Assembly: GCF_963921235.1 (NCBI RefSeq)
Contig: NC_086097.1
Span: forward strand, 42,782,001-42,846,000
Direction: 5' to 3'
Length of the DNA stretch: 64,000 nucleotides
Source of the DNA: Mobula hypostoma
Lineage: Eukaryota
In this document: positions 13,099 through 26,100 of the stretch, one piece after another
How positions within the stretch are numbered: position 1 is the stretch's first letter
How the letters are laid out: the number at the start of each line of letters is the position of its first letter
Translations under genes and position numbers: made by a program
Notes under the pieces: model-generated
What the model was told of the DNA's origin: nothing
Database searches by the model: none
The model's input: only the letters and a program-made list of their open reading frames with translations

Positions 13099-14337
13099 GT
13101 TGTTTGATACCAAGCTTGATTTAAAATTACGAACCTGAAGATAATTCAGTACCTGCCCTGGACACGATTAATGGAATGGTAGAGGAGGAGCATTATTCAG
13201 TTTCTAAACATAGCTGTGTCTGGCTTGGTCATATTAATAGCAGTATCAAGGTGCATTAGCCCATTCTATTTAATGCAAGGATGTTATTCCACTTGATTCC
13301 ACTACCTATTGCACCTGACATCCCTTCATGTTACAGGGAATATATTGGTTTTAGAACACAATGAAGATCATAAACCCACTGGCTCATCCCAGGCAACCTT
13401 TCCTAAAACTGCCCCGTACCACCAGAGCACAACTGACACAACCTGGTATAAAGAGAGGGAACTTCCTGGTGTATGAAAGAGATCAGCATAGAGTCAATAA
13501 AAAAGTGGGACCTTGTGCCAGTAGTAAGTTATTTGATTTGCATTGTGATCCTTATTCTAGCTGCTATATGACTGACTTTTGTGATACATGTCAGCCTCTG
13601 TCCCCTGGACACACACAATTAGTGCAAGGGACTGAGAGGTTAGAGAAATGGTTTTAAATCACACACCATGTGATTGGCTCCTGGCTCCTTTACGACGTCA
13701 TCTGAAGACAAGCTGAAGTTAGTTGTTACACATATGCATCAGGGTTACTACTGGTGGGGCTTAGTAGCTAGGGTGAGTGTATTCATGCAGACAGGAAAAA
13801 AGACTTAATATTTATTATGTATATAATTTGATTAAAAGTCATTAATTATATACTTAAATGATATGATTATTGTCACTAAAAATAATGTCACTGTGTTCCA
13901 GTTACAGATTCCAGAATTAGTAAGATGAAGGTTGAGAAGTTAAACTATCACCACCCCGATGGATGTGAAGGAAGTGGGGGGGGGGGGGAATTGCAGGGTA
14001 AGCCTTTTTGAGTAAACACCCTCGATTTAAATATGTGATGATGCTGCATCCTTCAATGATTCAGAAATGTGAGGACATTTATTAGGAAGCTGACTAGGAG
14101 TTCACCAGAGTGAGAAGGTACCAAATGACTGAAAAGTGTAGGACAACTGCTGTGGGCTTCTGTCTCTGAGGTCACAATTTGACCTAACCTCGTGTGCAGT
14201 GATGCCGGGAGCAAGAAGCAGAGCAGGAAGCTAACTATATAGTTAAGGTAATCTGAGTCGCACATATCCAGTCAGAAGGAGTAATATCATAACATTCCAT
14301 GAGAGAAGCAAAGGCTCTGTAGGGTAGACATAAGGGA

Positions 14338-14760
14338 TGGCAGATGCTGGAATATAGAGTATAACAAATAACAAACTGCTGGAAGAACTCAGCTGGTCAT
14401 GCAGCATCTGGGAAGCAAAGGAATGGTCAAAGCCTTGGGTCAAGATCCTGCATTAGAACTGAGAGCATTGAGGAAAGGTAACTAGAAAGTGGGGGTAGAG
14501 ATGAGACACAGGTTGGTAGGTCATGGTTGGAACAAGATGAGGGAGGGTATAAAGGGCAGATGGAGTCAAGTGAAGGAAAGCCGACTAATGAGTTGATAGG
14601 TGGAGGCAGATAAGGAAGGACAATGGGCTGGTGGAACCAGGTTTGGTACTGGGTGGGGAAGTGGATAGGACATATGAATTAAGGCAGAGGAAATCCAGGT
14701 ACATAGGCATATGGGAGAAAGGTAGGTGGAAGCAGGTGGGGAAGTTAAAGTGGTGGTGCT
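14338..14760 (-). mobile_element. Penelope-like element 3' end, old
   Basis: GCAGATGCTGGAA...TGCTGGAAGAACTCAGC..GCAGCATCTG terminus followed by a purine-rich tract, as at 5421. Confidence 0.7.
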
Positions 14761-14924
14761 CTATTCCTACTCCCACCAGCCCTCCCAAGATCTCTCTCCC
14801 TTTTTCAGCTTAGCCACCCCTGCACCCCCTCATTTTGGAGGATTTTACTGACAGAACCTTCCCAGAGCTTCAAGGTGTCTACTGTAAGTTATCCATTTCT
14901 CCAAATCATATTACAAACCCAATC

Positions 14925-15580
14925 ATTTTAGATTATGGGGACACTCAGTCCTCATTTATTGTCATTTAGAAATGCATGCATTAAAAAATGATACGTTCCT
15001 CCAGAATGATATCACAAGAAAACACAGGACAAACCAAGACTAAAATGGACAAAACCACATAATTATAACATATAGTTACAACAGTGCAAAGCAATACCAT
15101 AATTTGATAAAGAGCAGACCATGGGCACGGTTAAAAAAGTCTCAAAGTCCCGATAGACTCATCATCTCACACAGGTGGCAGAAGGGAGAAACTCTTCCTG
15201 CCATGAACCTCCAAGCGCCACCAACTTGCCGATGCAGCACCTTTGGAAGCACCCGACCACAGCAGACTCTGAGTCCGTCCGAAAACTTTGAGCCTCCGAC
15301 CAGCCCCTCTAAGCACCATCCTCTGCCGAGCGCTTCGACCCCGCCCCGGCCGCCAAGCAACAAGCAAAGCCAAAGACTCGGGGCCTTCTCCTCTGGAGAT
15401 TCTGGATCGCACAGTAGCAGCAGCAGCGAAGCAGGCATTTCAGAATTTTCACCAGATGTTCCTCCGTGCTGTCACATCCGTCTCCATCAAATCAGGAATT
15501 GTGCACTGCACCCTACTTGACAAATAACAGACATCACCACCGGAGTGGCCGCTACGAGCTGCATCACGCCACCATCTTCT
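14925..15580 (-). mobile_element. Non-autonomous LINE-derived element (AAGATGG-type head, AATAAA tail)
   Basis: Minus strand begins AAGATGGTGGCG, has a CpG-rich non-coding body and ends GACAATAAATGAGGACTGAG. Retained CpGs suggest a young age. Confidence 0.55.
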
Positions 15581-17339
15581 CCTCCTGAAAGCTCCAACTC
15601 ATTTGGCAATTTTGCAAGCTCCAACTCATTATAGGTACTATAATATCATTTTTAAACAATTTGAATTGGTACATGGAGGGGCAGAGGGATATGGGCTGAA
15701 TGTAGGAACTTGGACCTACTGGGTGGACACCATGGACCAGTTCGGCCAAAGGACCTGTATCCATAGTGTATTGCTCTATGACTCTATAACTCTATATATG
15801 AAAGATGAGCATCATAACTACCATGAACCTGACCTCAATTATGAGGCCTGGGCACATGAACATATTTCTTCCCAATTTGCCAACGTTATTGTGCTGATTC
15901 ACGATGGTGAAGGATCTCATTTTTGCTTCCCCTTTCAATGTGAGAATTTTTCCGGCATATAGAAAAAAAAATGACATTTTCTACGTCTTGCCTTGAATCT
16001 CAATTATTACTGGGTTAGGAATTGTGCAGCAGAGCCAGATTAGTAGAGTTGCCTGGATATTTAGTGGAAAGAACATCCTCACATACACTTTAATAAAAAA
16101 AAAGTCAATGATGAGGGAGCATCACTTGGACCCAGCTGCATACCTCCTCAAATTCTGCCTAGATAGTCTACAATCCATTGAATTTTCCAACATCAGGTAA
16201 CCCTTAGCTCCCTCTCAAACTCTCTGGGTATATTTAAAGTTCATAGGTTCTTGATTAGTAAGGACTCAAAGGTTACAGTGAGAAGACAGGGAAATGTGCT
16301 TTGGAGGGGAAATAATAATCAGCCATGATCAAATGGAGGAGCAGAGCAATGGCCTGAATGGCCTTATTCTGCTTCTGTGTCTTATGCTCTTATGGCATTG
16401 CGCAGCGGAAATCTAGTAATGAATTTCTGAGTACAGCCATATTTTAGAAGAATTTTCCAGAATCCACTCAGTTGACAGTAATGCTTCAGTGAAGTCAAAA
16501 AAGAAAAGGCTGCTTCTTCTTGGTGTTATCAGCTGACTAATATTCTTAGGGAACTCAGTGATGGAGGTCTCCCTTCCTGAAGTTTTCATAGATGGGAGCA
16601 GCCAGGTTTGGTGATAAGGGAAATTATGGGGACTGGTCTGATTCTGTAGTCTAATATAATTCTCATTGAAACAACGTTCATGGCAATGTCATGAATGAGG
16701 AGGAGAGTCATGGCATGTCATGAATGTAGGAGAGTCTTCAACTGTGTTGAGGGATAAACAATGGCCCCTCTGTGATCAGAAGCTGACCTAGGTTGGTGGA
16801 ATTATTGTGTGGGAGGAGTGGAGAATGAGTATATGTTGTGCATAATGAAGACCAATTTAACATTGTTATGTAATTTGACCAACGATTGTTAATTTCAAAA
16901 GCATCAACATTAGCTATAATAACAGCCATTACAATTCTGGAATTAATTTTAATTTTACATTAAGATGAAGTGAGCAGCTTGGCAGAAGGGTAAATAGAGA
17001 GATCCCGGATTATCACTACATTAAGTGGGACTGGGAGAGTTTAGTGCGTTCACAGAGCTAACCTGCAGAGAACAAGTACACAACCTCCAATTTCAAAGCC
17101 AGGATAAAACAAAACCTTCAGCAATAATTGCAAAAGTGAAGAGTTTTACTGATATCCATGTCAGCCCTTGTGACAGTACGTCCAACAATTATGAGTTTTT
17201 TTTAGTAGATGCCACAAGGCTCAGATTTTGATACCATTAATTTAATACATATTTCAGCTGGGACTGTTTGATGCTCCCAGGCAGAGGAATGTTTACTTTG
17301 CAGTTATCATTCCCTCTCCTAACTGAATTGAAAATACTG

Positions 17340-17602
17340 ATTTATTTATTTGGAGATACAGCACAGAACTGGCCCTTCCGGCCATCAAGCCACGCCAACC
17401 CACTGATTTAACCCTAGCCTAATCACAGGACAATTTACAATGACCAATTTTCTATGTTTCTAACCTACTAACCAGTACGCCTTCACACTGCGAGGAAACC
17501 CACACGTACATGAGAAGGAACATACAAATTTGCTTACAGAGGATGCCAGAATTGAACTCAAAACTCTGGCACCTCAAGCAGTAATAGTGTTGTGCTAACC
17601 AC
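17340..17602 (-). mobile_element. V-SINE/HE1-like SINE
   Basis: Reverse complement of the SINE at 445-660 and 59775-60005 (GGTCATTGTAAATTGTCCTGTGATTAGGCTAGG). Confidence 0.7.
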
Positions 17603-19138
17603 TTTCTTTGTTATCAATCAATGCTATTCCAGATATGAAAGACTATGCAGAAGTAGCCAATTTCCGTATTTGACCTTTACCACACCTGCGCTGGCAATGT
17701 TTAGTGACAATATAAGAGAGACTTTACTCTATGCTTGTAATCTACACCAAACCCGTTGAGGTGATTTTTGATGGGACCATGAGAGGGCAATTTAATCTTT
17801 TTCTATCTGTTACTGATTTAAACCGTGTTATAATCCAATATTGTTTGAAATATATATTTCACATGCTCACAAACTTTGGACCAGTACAGCAGTAAATTTC
17901 CAGGTACATCCCAGTATCTTTCTGTTTTTTTCCCTCGTTGTGTGTGTTTTCTTTATTGTTGATAGTGGTTGTCGAGAGAAATGGACTAATGCAGGTGAAA
18001 GAGTTAGACCACAGATCTCAACGTTACATCTTTGAGGGGCTAATTAGTTGCTCCAGTTCCTTTATTCCTATTGGAGCAGGTTTATGCAAATAAAATGAAG
18101 TGCGGCATTTTATGCTTAATGAAACAAGTGACACATTTTATTGAACTCCTATACCTCGACACATAAATCTTTACATAATAACATCATAATGTCAGACCAG
18201 CCTCTTAAAGTGAAACCCAAACTCTGTGTTGGTGGTTGAGAATTATATACATTTCTCCCAATTATGTTACCCTGCACAGCCTCTGAATTCACTAAAGCTG
18301 ACATCGTGAGCCTGTCTAGAGCTCGGACAAACCACTCGGATTGGGTCCTGTGTTCCATGGGTGGAGGAACAGCAGGTGCCACTGGCTCGTCCAGAGGTAC
18401 GTTGACACGCTCATGGTCATGTTGTGATGCCAGGTTCACGGCAGCAGAATACTCCAAATCTTCAAATCCTGGTGGGTCGGTTTAAGGCAATCTACCAAAA
18501 TACAATCAGCTTTAGCTTTCTTATCTATAATAAAAGTCTTTTCTCCCCATTCCAAAGCATGGAACAGGCCATTGGAAGGTAGCCCAAGGCAAACATCCCA
18601 CCTCTTCCGGAAGTTCTGGGAGTCTCCCACATATCGATAGTGGCTCCCTGACACCCGGAAACAGATTTTTTGAGAGGGAGAGCGAGCATCCTGATTGGTC
18701 TCTCTTTGTGCTAAGAGTGGTCCCCAACCACCGGGCCACGAGGAAATAATATGATTTGGCGATATGAAACGATATGAGTCAGCTGCGCTTTTCCTCATTC
18801 CCTGTCACGCACTGTTGAATTTTAACGCATGTGAGGTCATCAGTGACCCAAGACATGCAAAGGAATGGGTCCATGACCCATTTGTGAATGTCCCCGGTGA
18901 ATCATCCATGTCAGCGCGGAAAGAGATCAACTCCTCGAGTTTGCAAATGACAGTGGGCTGAAAAGTATGTTTGACGTAGCATCTCTGCCGGCATTCTGGA
19001 TCAAAGTCAAGGCTGAATATCCTGAGATAGCCATGAAAGCCTGAAAACGTTGCTTCCATTTCCAACATATTTCTGCGAAGCGGAGTTTTCTGCAATGAAT
19101 GCAACGAAAACTAAATTGCGGAATAGACTGGACATAAG

Positions 19139-19556
19139 TAAATCATAAAGTATGCATTATGATCAGAGATTAAGGGAGCTAGGGCTTTACTCTTTGGAGA
19201 GAAGGAGGATGAGAGGAGACATGATAGAGGTGTACAAGATAATAAGAGGAATAGATAGAGTGGATAGCCAGCGCCTCTTCCCCGGGGCACCACTGCTCAA
19301 TACAAGAGGTAAGGTAAGGGGTGGGAAGTTCAAGGGGGATATTAGAGGAAGGTTTTTTACTCAGAGAGTGGTTGGTGCGTGGAATGCACTGCCTGAGTCA
19401 GTGGTGGAGGCAGATACACTAGTGAAGTTTAAAAGACTACTAGACAGGTATATGGAGGAATTTAAGGTGGGGGCTTATATGGGAGGCAGGGTTTGAGGGT
19501 CGGCACAACATTGTGGGCCGAAGGGCCTGTACTGTGCTGTACTATTAAAAAAAAAG
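19139..19556 (+). mobile_element. Young CR1 3' fragment inside the hAT transposase remnant
   Basis: Uninterrupted ORF YDQRLRELGLYSLERRRMRGDMIEVYKII...FFTQRVVGAWNALP; the hAT frame resumes exactly after it. Confidence 0.9.
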
Positions 19557-19767
19557 GAACCCCCTTCGAGTATCACTGTCTCCCATCACCCCTCGATAGG
19601 ACCGTCTTGTTGCAGGAAAACAGGCCCAGGGCTCCCACTGATTCAGCGATATTGGTGTGTTGCAATGATTTTATATGTTCATACGAGGAAAATATGTGCT
19701 GTGTGTTTAATATCCAAACGTTACTTAAAATGTTATGATGATATTGACTTATAACTGACTTATAATT

Positions 19768-19993
19768 CAGTGGTCCCCAACCTCCGGGCCGCGAAGAATG
19801 CAGCGGTGGCTGGAACACACCCAACACATCTTTAAGAAAAAAGCCGAATTAAACAAGTTAATTCATTACGTGCCGGGCAGCACCTAATCAATTAGCTTGT
19901 TTATTTCGGCTTTTTTCTTAAAGATGTGCTGGGTGCATTCCAGCCACCGCTGTACCGCTGCATTCTTCACGGCCCGGAGGTTTGAGACCACTG
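19768..19993. mobile_element. Palindromic hAT MITE (226 bp) with 8-bp TSD
   Basis: TIRs CAGTGGTCCCCAACCTCCGGGCCG / CGGCCCGGAGGTTTGAGACCACTG; TSD TTATAATT at 19760-19767 and 19994-20001; whole element self-complementary. Confidence 0.9.
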
Positions 19994-22172
19994 TTATAAT
20001 TGACTTATCACTACATTCATGCCAGGAAATATGTGCTGTGTGTTTATATTAAATTCGTTAGACAAACCCCTTTAGAAACGAAATTGAGTGTATTAACCAC
20101 TTACAAGTGACTTATAGTTGACTTATCACCTATATTCCAGTCACGTTTAACACCCACCCTACCCTTGCCCGCCCCCCCCCCCACAGGGTCGGCCGGTCCG
20201 CAAGAATATTTTCAATATTAATCCGGTCCGCAGTACAAAAAAGGTTGGGGACCCCTGATCTAAACTAGCTGGCTAGCTGCCAAGGAGCTACGCTATTGAT
20301 GTCCTACGTGATGAGGCCAAACTCCCTGTAGACTTGCTTAAAGTTATAACAGAATAAACATGATAATATAATACAAGCACATATTTTAATGTCACATTTG
20401 CTGCATATACCCAACTTGGTTTACAGATTAGACAAAATCACTAAACAAAGTATTACATACACCCTTGGAGGCCGACCCAAGGTGGGGGGGGATATGGGGT
20501 TGTGGGGGGCGGGGGTGCTACCTCCCTGAAATGAGATTTTGCAGGGTGGGATGTCTGCCCAAGGGGATGTTGGTGTGCATCATGGCAGACAAAAACAAAC
20601 AAGTCAACAGGAACCCAAGAGTGTGGTAGGCCATGATGGGAGGCAGAATCAGAAAAGGAATTGAATTTACAAAGGAGGGTGGAATGATATTCAGAGGCTG
20701 AGCAGAGTCCGTGGCTTCAGGAATTAAATCACCTGGTACTTGTAATGGTTGCCCATATACCAACTCAGCCGCGGATGACTGAACGTCCTCTTTTGGAGCC
20801 GTTCTGAGCCCAGCAGGACCCACGGGAGACGATCATCCCAATTCTCATCTGTCAGGGATGCCCTCGGAGGAGCCTTTAAGGAGCAGTGAAACAGCTCACA
20901 CAGGCCATTGAACTGCAAGTGAGACACCATGGTGAGATGTAGCTTAACGACAAAGTCCTGGGCCATCAGAGGCCAGAAGTCTGAAATGAATTAGGGACCA
21001 CAGTTAGAGGAAATATCAGATGGGGTGCCAAACCGAGAAACCCAAGTGCTGATGAAAGCCCGAGACATATCCACAGCCATCCGCAGTGCTAGAGGAACAT
21101 CTGACCATCTGGTGATACGGTCCACCATGGTAAGATGCTGCATGAAACCATGAGAGGAGAGGAAGAGGACCAGCAAGGTCTACATTGACATGGCCAAAAC
21201 CGTCACTCAGGGATCTGCAAAGGTGCCAACGGTGCCTGAACGTGATAGTTAATTTTTGCCCATTGGACTGCAGTCTGCGTGGAGTGCCAATGACACACAT
21301 CCTTTCTGAGACCATGCCAAGCAAACTTTAGTGCAACCAGTAGGCCTGGATGTGAGAGGCCACGTGTGGAGTCAAAAGCAGTCCATCTCCAGTTTGCGAG
21401 CACAATGGGACGAGGGTGACCGTTGAGACATCAATCAGGAGAGAAGCCCCAACTTCTCCAAACTAAATTAGCCAACACAGACCCATGACTGATGTTCCAT
21501 AAGACTGAACCTCTGGGTCAGTACCTCAGTCAACTGCTATGCCGGAATCATTAACCCCTATGTGTACGGCCTCAACAGCTGGCCATGAGAGGCAATCAGC
21601 CACAGCATTATGATATGTTGCACAGTATAACTGTTGTGAGCTTGGATATGTAGGCCAGCTGGTGTTGCTGCCATGCTGACTAAGGGTCTGATATTTTGGC
21701 CATCGCATGCACTAGGGGTTTGTGGTCCATAAACACTGTGAAATGGCAACCGTCTAGAAGAAAGCAAAAATGGTGGACAGTCATAATTATGGAAATCCAT
21801 AATAGTGGCTACTTTTGATGGAAGGGATTTCACACCTTCTGCAGAGATGCGGTGGCCAAGAAAGTCAATTGTTGACAACCCAAACTGGCATTTGGCAGGG
21901 CTAATAATCAACCCGTGTTGGCTTAGTGCGCAGAGAAGAGAATCCTGTTCGGATTTGGTGACAAATGTGTCATTCAGGTAAACAAAACCAAAATCTAAGT
22001 CTTTTAATACAGCCATTTGGAAAGTCCGTGCTGAATTTTGCAGTCCAAAAGACATTCTCAGAAACTCAAAGAGGCCAAATGGGGTTATCACAGCTGTTTT
22101 GGGAATGCCCTCCAAGCACACAGGCACCTGGTGGCAGCCACTAACAAGACTGACATTGGATAAAATTAACTT

Positions 22173-23211
22173 CTGAAATATGCAATATACTGGTAGCTCG
22201 GTGTGGCTATTTAGAAGTTTGGTTTATCGCCAAGATTGGCAAAACATTTGCAGACATTTCAGCTCAGATCAAGAAGACATCATCAGTACACAGTTGAGGG
22301 TGTTGTCTCGTCAGAATGCCAGCTTATCTACTCCTCCGGGATCTGAATGGATATTGATTAAATGTCGTGATCTGGTGGATGGTACAAAACCAGGTGAAGA
22401 GTTTAGCAGTAGAGCATTCTGATTGGCTTAGCTGTGAGGGAGGTCCTTTGGAAGTGCTTGCTTTACTGTCCAACTCCCAAGATTACTGGCGATTTGTTAA
22501 TTGTTGACATTGTTTCCCTTTTCTCCATAAGGGTTCATAAACCAGATCTATGTTGCTGTGTTTGTCAATGGATCCTTGTGTAGAGAACCATGCTTCGAGA
22601 AATTCTTGTTCTTTTCTTGATCTTGCTGGAGTCAAGACTCTGGCTGTCCTCCAGTTGAAATGGTGTCCTCCTCCATCTTCATGAGCTGATACTAGTGAGA
22701 GTGGGTCGTGCCTTCTGGTTCTATTGTTATTAGTCATTTTGTTGCCCTTTGAGTTTTCATAGGTTCCTCCTCAAAATTGCAGTCACTTTGTAAGCAACTG
22801 TGATGTTATTTTGCTAAAGCGGCCTTGCCGTCATTTCTGAGACAATCTTTATGTATGGCAATACAATTCGTTTACTCATCATTCGTGTAGTTGGTACGTT
22901 TGGGTTTCTGACCTTGAGGCACCTTCAGATAAAGCTCCTTGGATATCAGTTCTGTTGAAAGGTCTTGAAGAGGAGCTTTTCTTCTTCCAATTTTGTGCCT
23001 GTAATGTTGCAATGGGACTCAATCCTCTTGAATAAGGTCTTCATGAAGATTTGTTTGTGACACTTTGTGTGATTGCTATTAGAGTTCAGAATTTGATCAG
23101 TGTGTATTGCTTTTCTGTAGACTGACATCTGTAATTGACCAGTGGTAGTTCTTTTGATAAGAAAAATCTGCAAATATTTTGCCATGCTCAGTGATCAACC
23201 AAACTTCCAAC
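22173..23211 (-). mobile_element. Second Penelope-like family, truncated, inserted in Gypsy RT
   Basis: SVYRKAIHTDQILNSNSNHTKCHK (PLE RT C-terminus) and HHFNWRTARVL..EFLEAWFS (GIY-YIG end). TSD ATTAACTT at 22165-22172 and 23212-23219. Inverted partial pLTR at 23161-23210. Confidence 0.88.
22249..22290 (-). ncRNA. Decayed minimal hammerhead motif of the second Penelope family
   Basis: TGTA-CTGATGA-TGTCTTCTTGATCTGAGCT-GAAAT-GTC-TGCA; stem II imperfect. Confidence 0.55.
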
Positions 23212-24669
23212 ATTAACTTTCTGGCTAAACGTGCCAAAAAGTCTCGGAGGTGTGAGATCAGGTGACAACTGGGGATGGTCGCCTCGTTAAGGCATCAGTA
23301 ATCGCCACATGAGCGGCAACCACCAGACATAGGGACCATATAGAGGGGCGAAGCCCAGGGGCTATTTGACAGATGTACAATACCTGGTCTTTCCATGTGG
23401 GCAAACTCAGCCACAGTTGCCAGTTTTTCTGGGTCCCATCTATACATGCGGGCATGGATGGTGGGTCAGTTGTGGGAATGTGATGCTCGATTCCATGTTT
23501 TGTGCCTGTAGTGGAGGATGTGGGCTTGGTGAGGTCTGAGAATTCATCCAGAAGTTGAGTAAATTCACATGTGGTGGTGCATGCGCATAACAGAGCCGTT
23601 GATGGGAAGTTACTGGGGGAGCAGGGTAACGACCCAGAGTCCTTGACATCCACAAGCCAGCAGTTCTTAAGAGTGACTAACAGTCCTTGGGCACACAGGT
23701 GACCTGCACCAAGCAAAGGTCTAGCCACTTTAGCCAGGACAAAGTCCCATGTGTAACGTCGCCATTTGAAGCAGAGTGTCATCTGTTGCATTCCTTAAGT
23801 TTGGATCCTGTTGCCACTGGCAGCCTCCAGCGAGCTTTTGTCACTCCTTGCCTTCTTATGAATAGGCGATGCTGGCAGCACACTCACTTGAGCACCCGTG
23901 TCGCACAGGAAGCGTCGCCCTGAAAGGGTGTCTGTAATGAACAGCAGATGACCCAGGCAGCTGTAACTCACTAGGTTTACAGACCTCTGATGTCCCAATG
24001 TGCTGGTACTGTCAAAGCTGCAAGGCAGTCAGCACTTCCTAGCATTCGCAACAAAGCAAGCATGGTAAGAGCACAGACCTAGAGCCATCTGTTTGTCTGT
24101 GTCTGGGGCCCTACTGACTGGGCTTATTGAGGTAGCGAAAGGAAGAGGAATGATGCATCACTGTCTAACTGAGTGTAGACTATCAGCTATTTTAGCAAAC
24201 TCCCCGTAGTCCTTCACAGGTGCATTAGTGAGGGCTATGCAAACTTGAAAAGATATTTGCCGGTTGAAGATTTCCTTAAAAATAAAAGAAGGATGGTGAT
24301 TTCCCAGGAGAGACAACATGTGGTCTATTAGCCCTGAGGGTTTACCATCGCCATCACCGGGCAAGTAGAGCAACTGTTTGGTGCGATCAAACTCCAATGG
24401 TCCGGAAGTCTGCTAAAGGTGTGTTTTTAGTGATCGGCATTTGTCATGTTCAGGCAGGTGGTCAAGTAGACTCACCATGCTCACAGCCATGGAGTTTCTG
24501 AGCAATGCTACCACATAGTAGAATTTGGTGTCATTGGTGGAGGTTTCTTGTAGAGCAAATTGGGTTTCAGCTTATACAAACCAAGCGATGGAGTTTTGGG
24601 AATAAAATGCCAGCAGCTTCAAAGTCACTGCATTAGCTGACATGTTCAATGACTCTGGAATCGTCCTAG

Positions 24670-24685
24670 AGCATCAGGGTCACCA
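24670..24685 (-). promoter_or_regulatory. Primer-binding site, tRNA-Trp type
   Basis: TGGTGACCCTGATGCT next to the 5' LTR; resembles the complement of the tRNA-Trp 3' end (TGGTGACCCCGACG) after CpG decay. Confidence 0.7.
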
Positions 24686-25029
24686 AATAAAACAAAGTGA
24701 GGTACTTTATGTTTAATGAAACCCGTAACACATTTTATTGAACTTCAAAACCTCAAAAAAGCGCACTAAAAACCTTTATGTAAAATGTCATCACGTCAGA
24801 CCAGCCTCTTAAAGTGAAACCCCTACTCAATGCCCATGATTGTGAATTATGTACATTTCTCCCAATTGCAGTGCCCTACAGTGGTAAAGCTTTCCATTCT
24901 TGGAGGAAGTAATTGCCAGATGCTTTGAGACAAAGGTAGCACTTGTCTTGTTAGACAAAGCCATATTTCTCATATTTTCAGTGTATAGGCTTGGATTATA
25001 TCATTAAATAAGAAATTATGATAGCATTA

Positions 25030-26100
25030 AACTGTGTAATCATCAGTATCATGACTGACACAGCTAAAGGTAGTTATGCCAAACTAGTTATCCTTCTGGA
25101 GTTATTTCAGTAACATACAATTAGTGTCCATGGGTAAAAGAATCTTCCTTTTTTCTGGACAAGGCTCTCGGTCGTGCAGTGCTTTCTTGGTTCCCATTTC
25201 ATTCAGCTTTTCTAGAATCCCTTTATTTCTTTCCTTGTTCAAATTCTGCCATAATATTGACAGCATCCATTCATCTCTCTTGTGAAATTCAAGCCATTTG
25301 TCCATGTGTGGGCCAAGCACATAATGAAGCCGAGTTCCCCTGATGGAACCCAAAGTGCAGCACTGATGTACAAATCATGTAATTTGCCATATCATTGATA
25401 TCTTCTATCACATTGATGACGATTGAGTGTAGGTTAATTATGTAGTAATTAGCTAGCTTATGTTTGTAGTACTGTTGTTCTATTAGAGAAGCATGGCTGG
25501 CTCTGGAGCATAATTTATGGGATTTGCAATCAGTTTCCTTTGTGATAACAAATGCACCCAGCCATTTCCTGATGGTAATTGGATTAAACTGAATGATTGA
25601 AGATAGGCATCTGCTGTGATGGAGGTCCACTGAGGACAGACATCCACTTTACACTGCTGCTCTTTGTTTATACTCACATTTGCCCTCGCCTTTGTTGAAG
25701 TTGCTGCAGATCATCACCCTAACAATATTTATATTGTCATCTAGGCTTCTGAACTTGGTGAAGCTAATTCATCTCATTTATTGATTACTTGGTTCCTTTA
25801 GTGGTTTCATGCTTGTGCTCTTCAGCATGTGTATAGTCTTATGTTGCTGACCAATCACCATTCAGCATATTGATACCTCATTCTTAGTGCCGTGCCCGCT
25901 AAGATCTTCACTCCTCATTGAACTAGGACTGGTCATCTCAGAGAGTGGCAATAATAGAGAAATGAACTTGCTTTGAGATTGGACATTGTGGTGGTGTGCA
26001 GTTTTCCTAATACCAATGCACTCATTTTTACATAGTAATCTGCTGCTAAATTTCTTCTTAATCCATGCCTTTTCATCAGGTCTGAGTGCCACATGTGCAA
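25030..26100 (-). mobile_element. Ancient LINE RT remnant (CR1/L2 group)
   Basis: LANYYIINLHSIVINVIE (ANYRPISLLS-like), FGFHQGNSA, KGILEKLNEMG; multiple frameshifts. Confidence 0.6.

Larger units (their letters stand above)
18715..20257 (+). mobile_element. hAT-Charlie-like deletion derivative nested in the previous element
   Basis: Ends (G)AGTGGTCCCCAACC / GGTTGGGGACCCCTG. Transposase C-terminal pieces EWVHDPFVN, FWIKVKAEYPEIA, ATKTKLRNRLDI|RNPLRVSLSPITPR split by a CR1 insertion. Confidence 0.8.
18590..20557. mobile_element. Non-autonomous hAT-type element nested in Gypsy
   Basis: TIRs CAAACATCCCACC / GGTGGGATGTCTG; flanked by CCCAAGG at 18583-18589 and 20558-20564 (7 bp of a likely 8-bp TSD). 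Confidence 0.75.
18075..24880 (-). mobile_element. Gypsy LTR retrotransposon copy 1, decayed, with nested insertions
   Basis: LTRs about 18075-18276 and 24686-24880; flanks TTGG/GTGG (3/4 TSD). Gag (LGNHHPSFIFKE), protease FLCDTGAQVSVLP, RT IPKTAVITPFGLFEFLRMSFGLQNS..VYLND, integrase HVNVDLAG..TWVSRFGTPSDISS. Confidence 0.92.
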
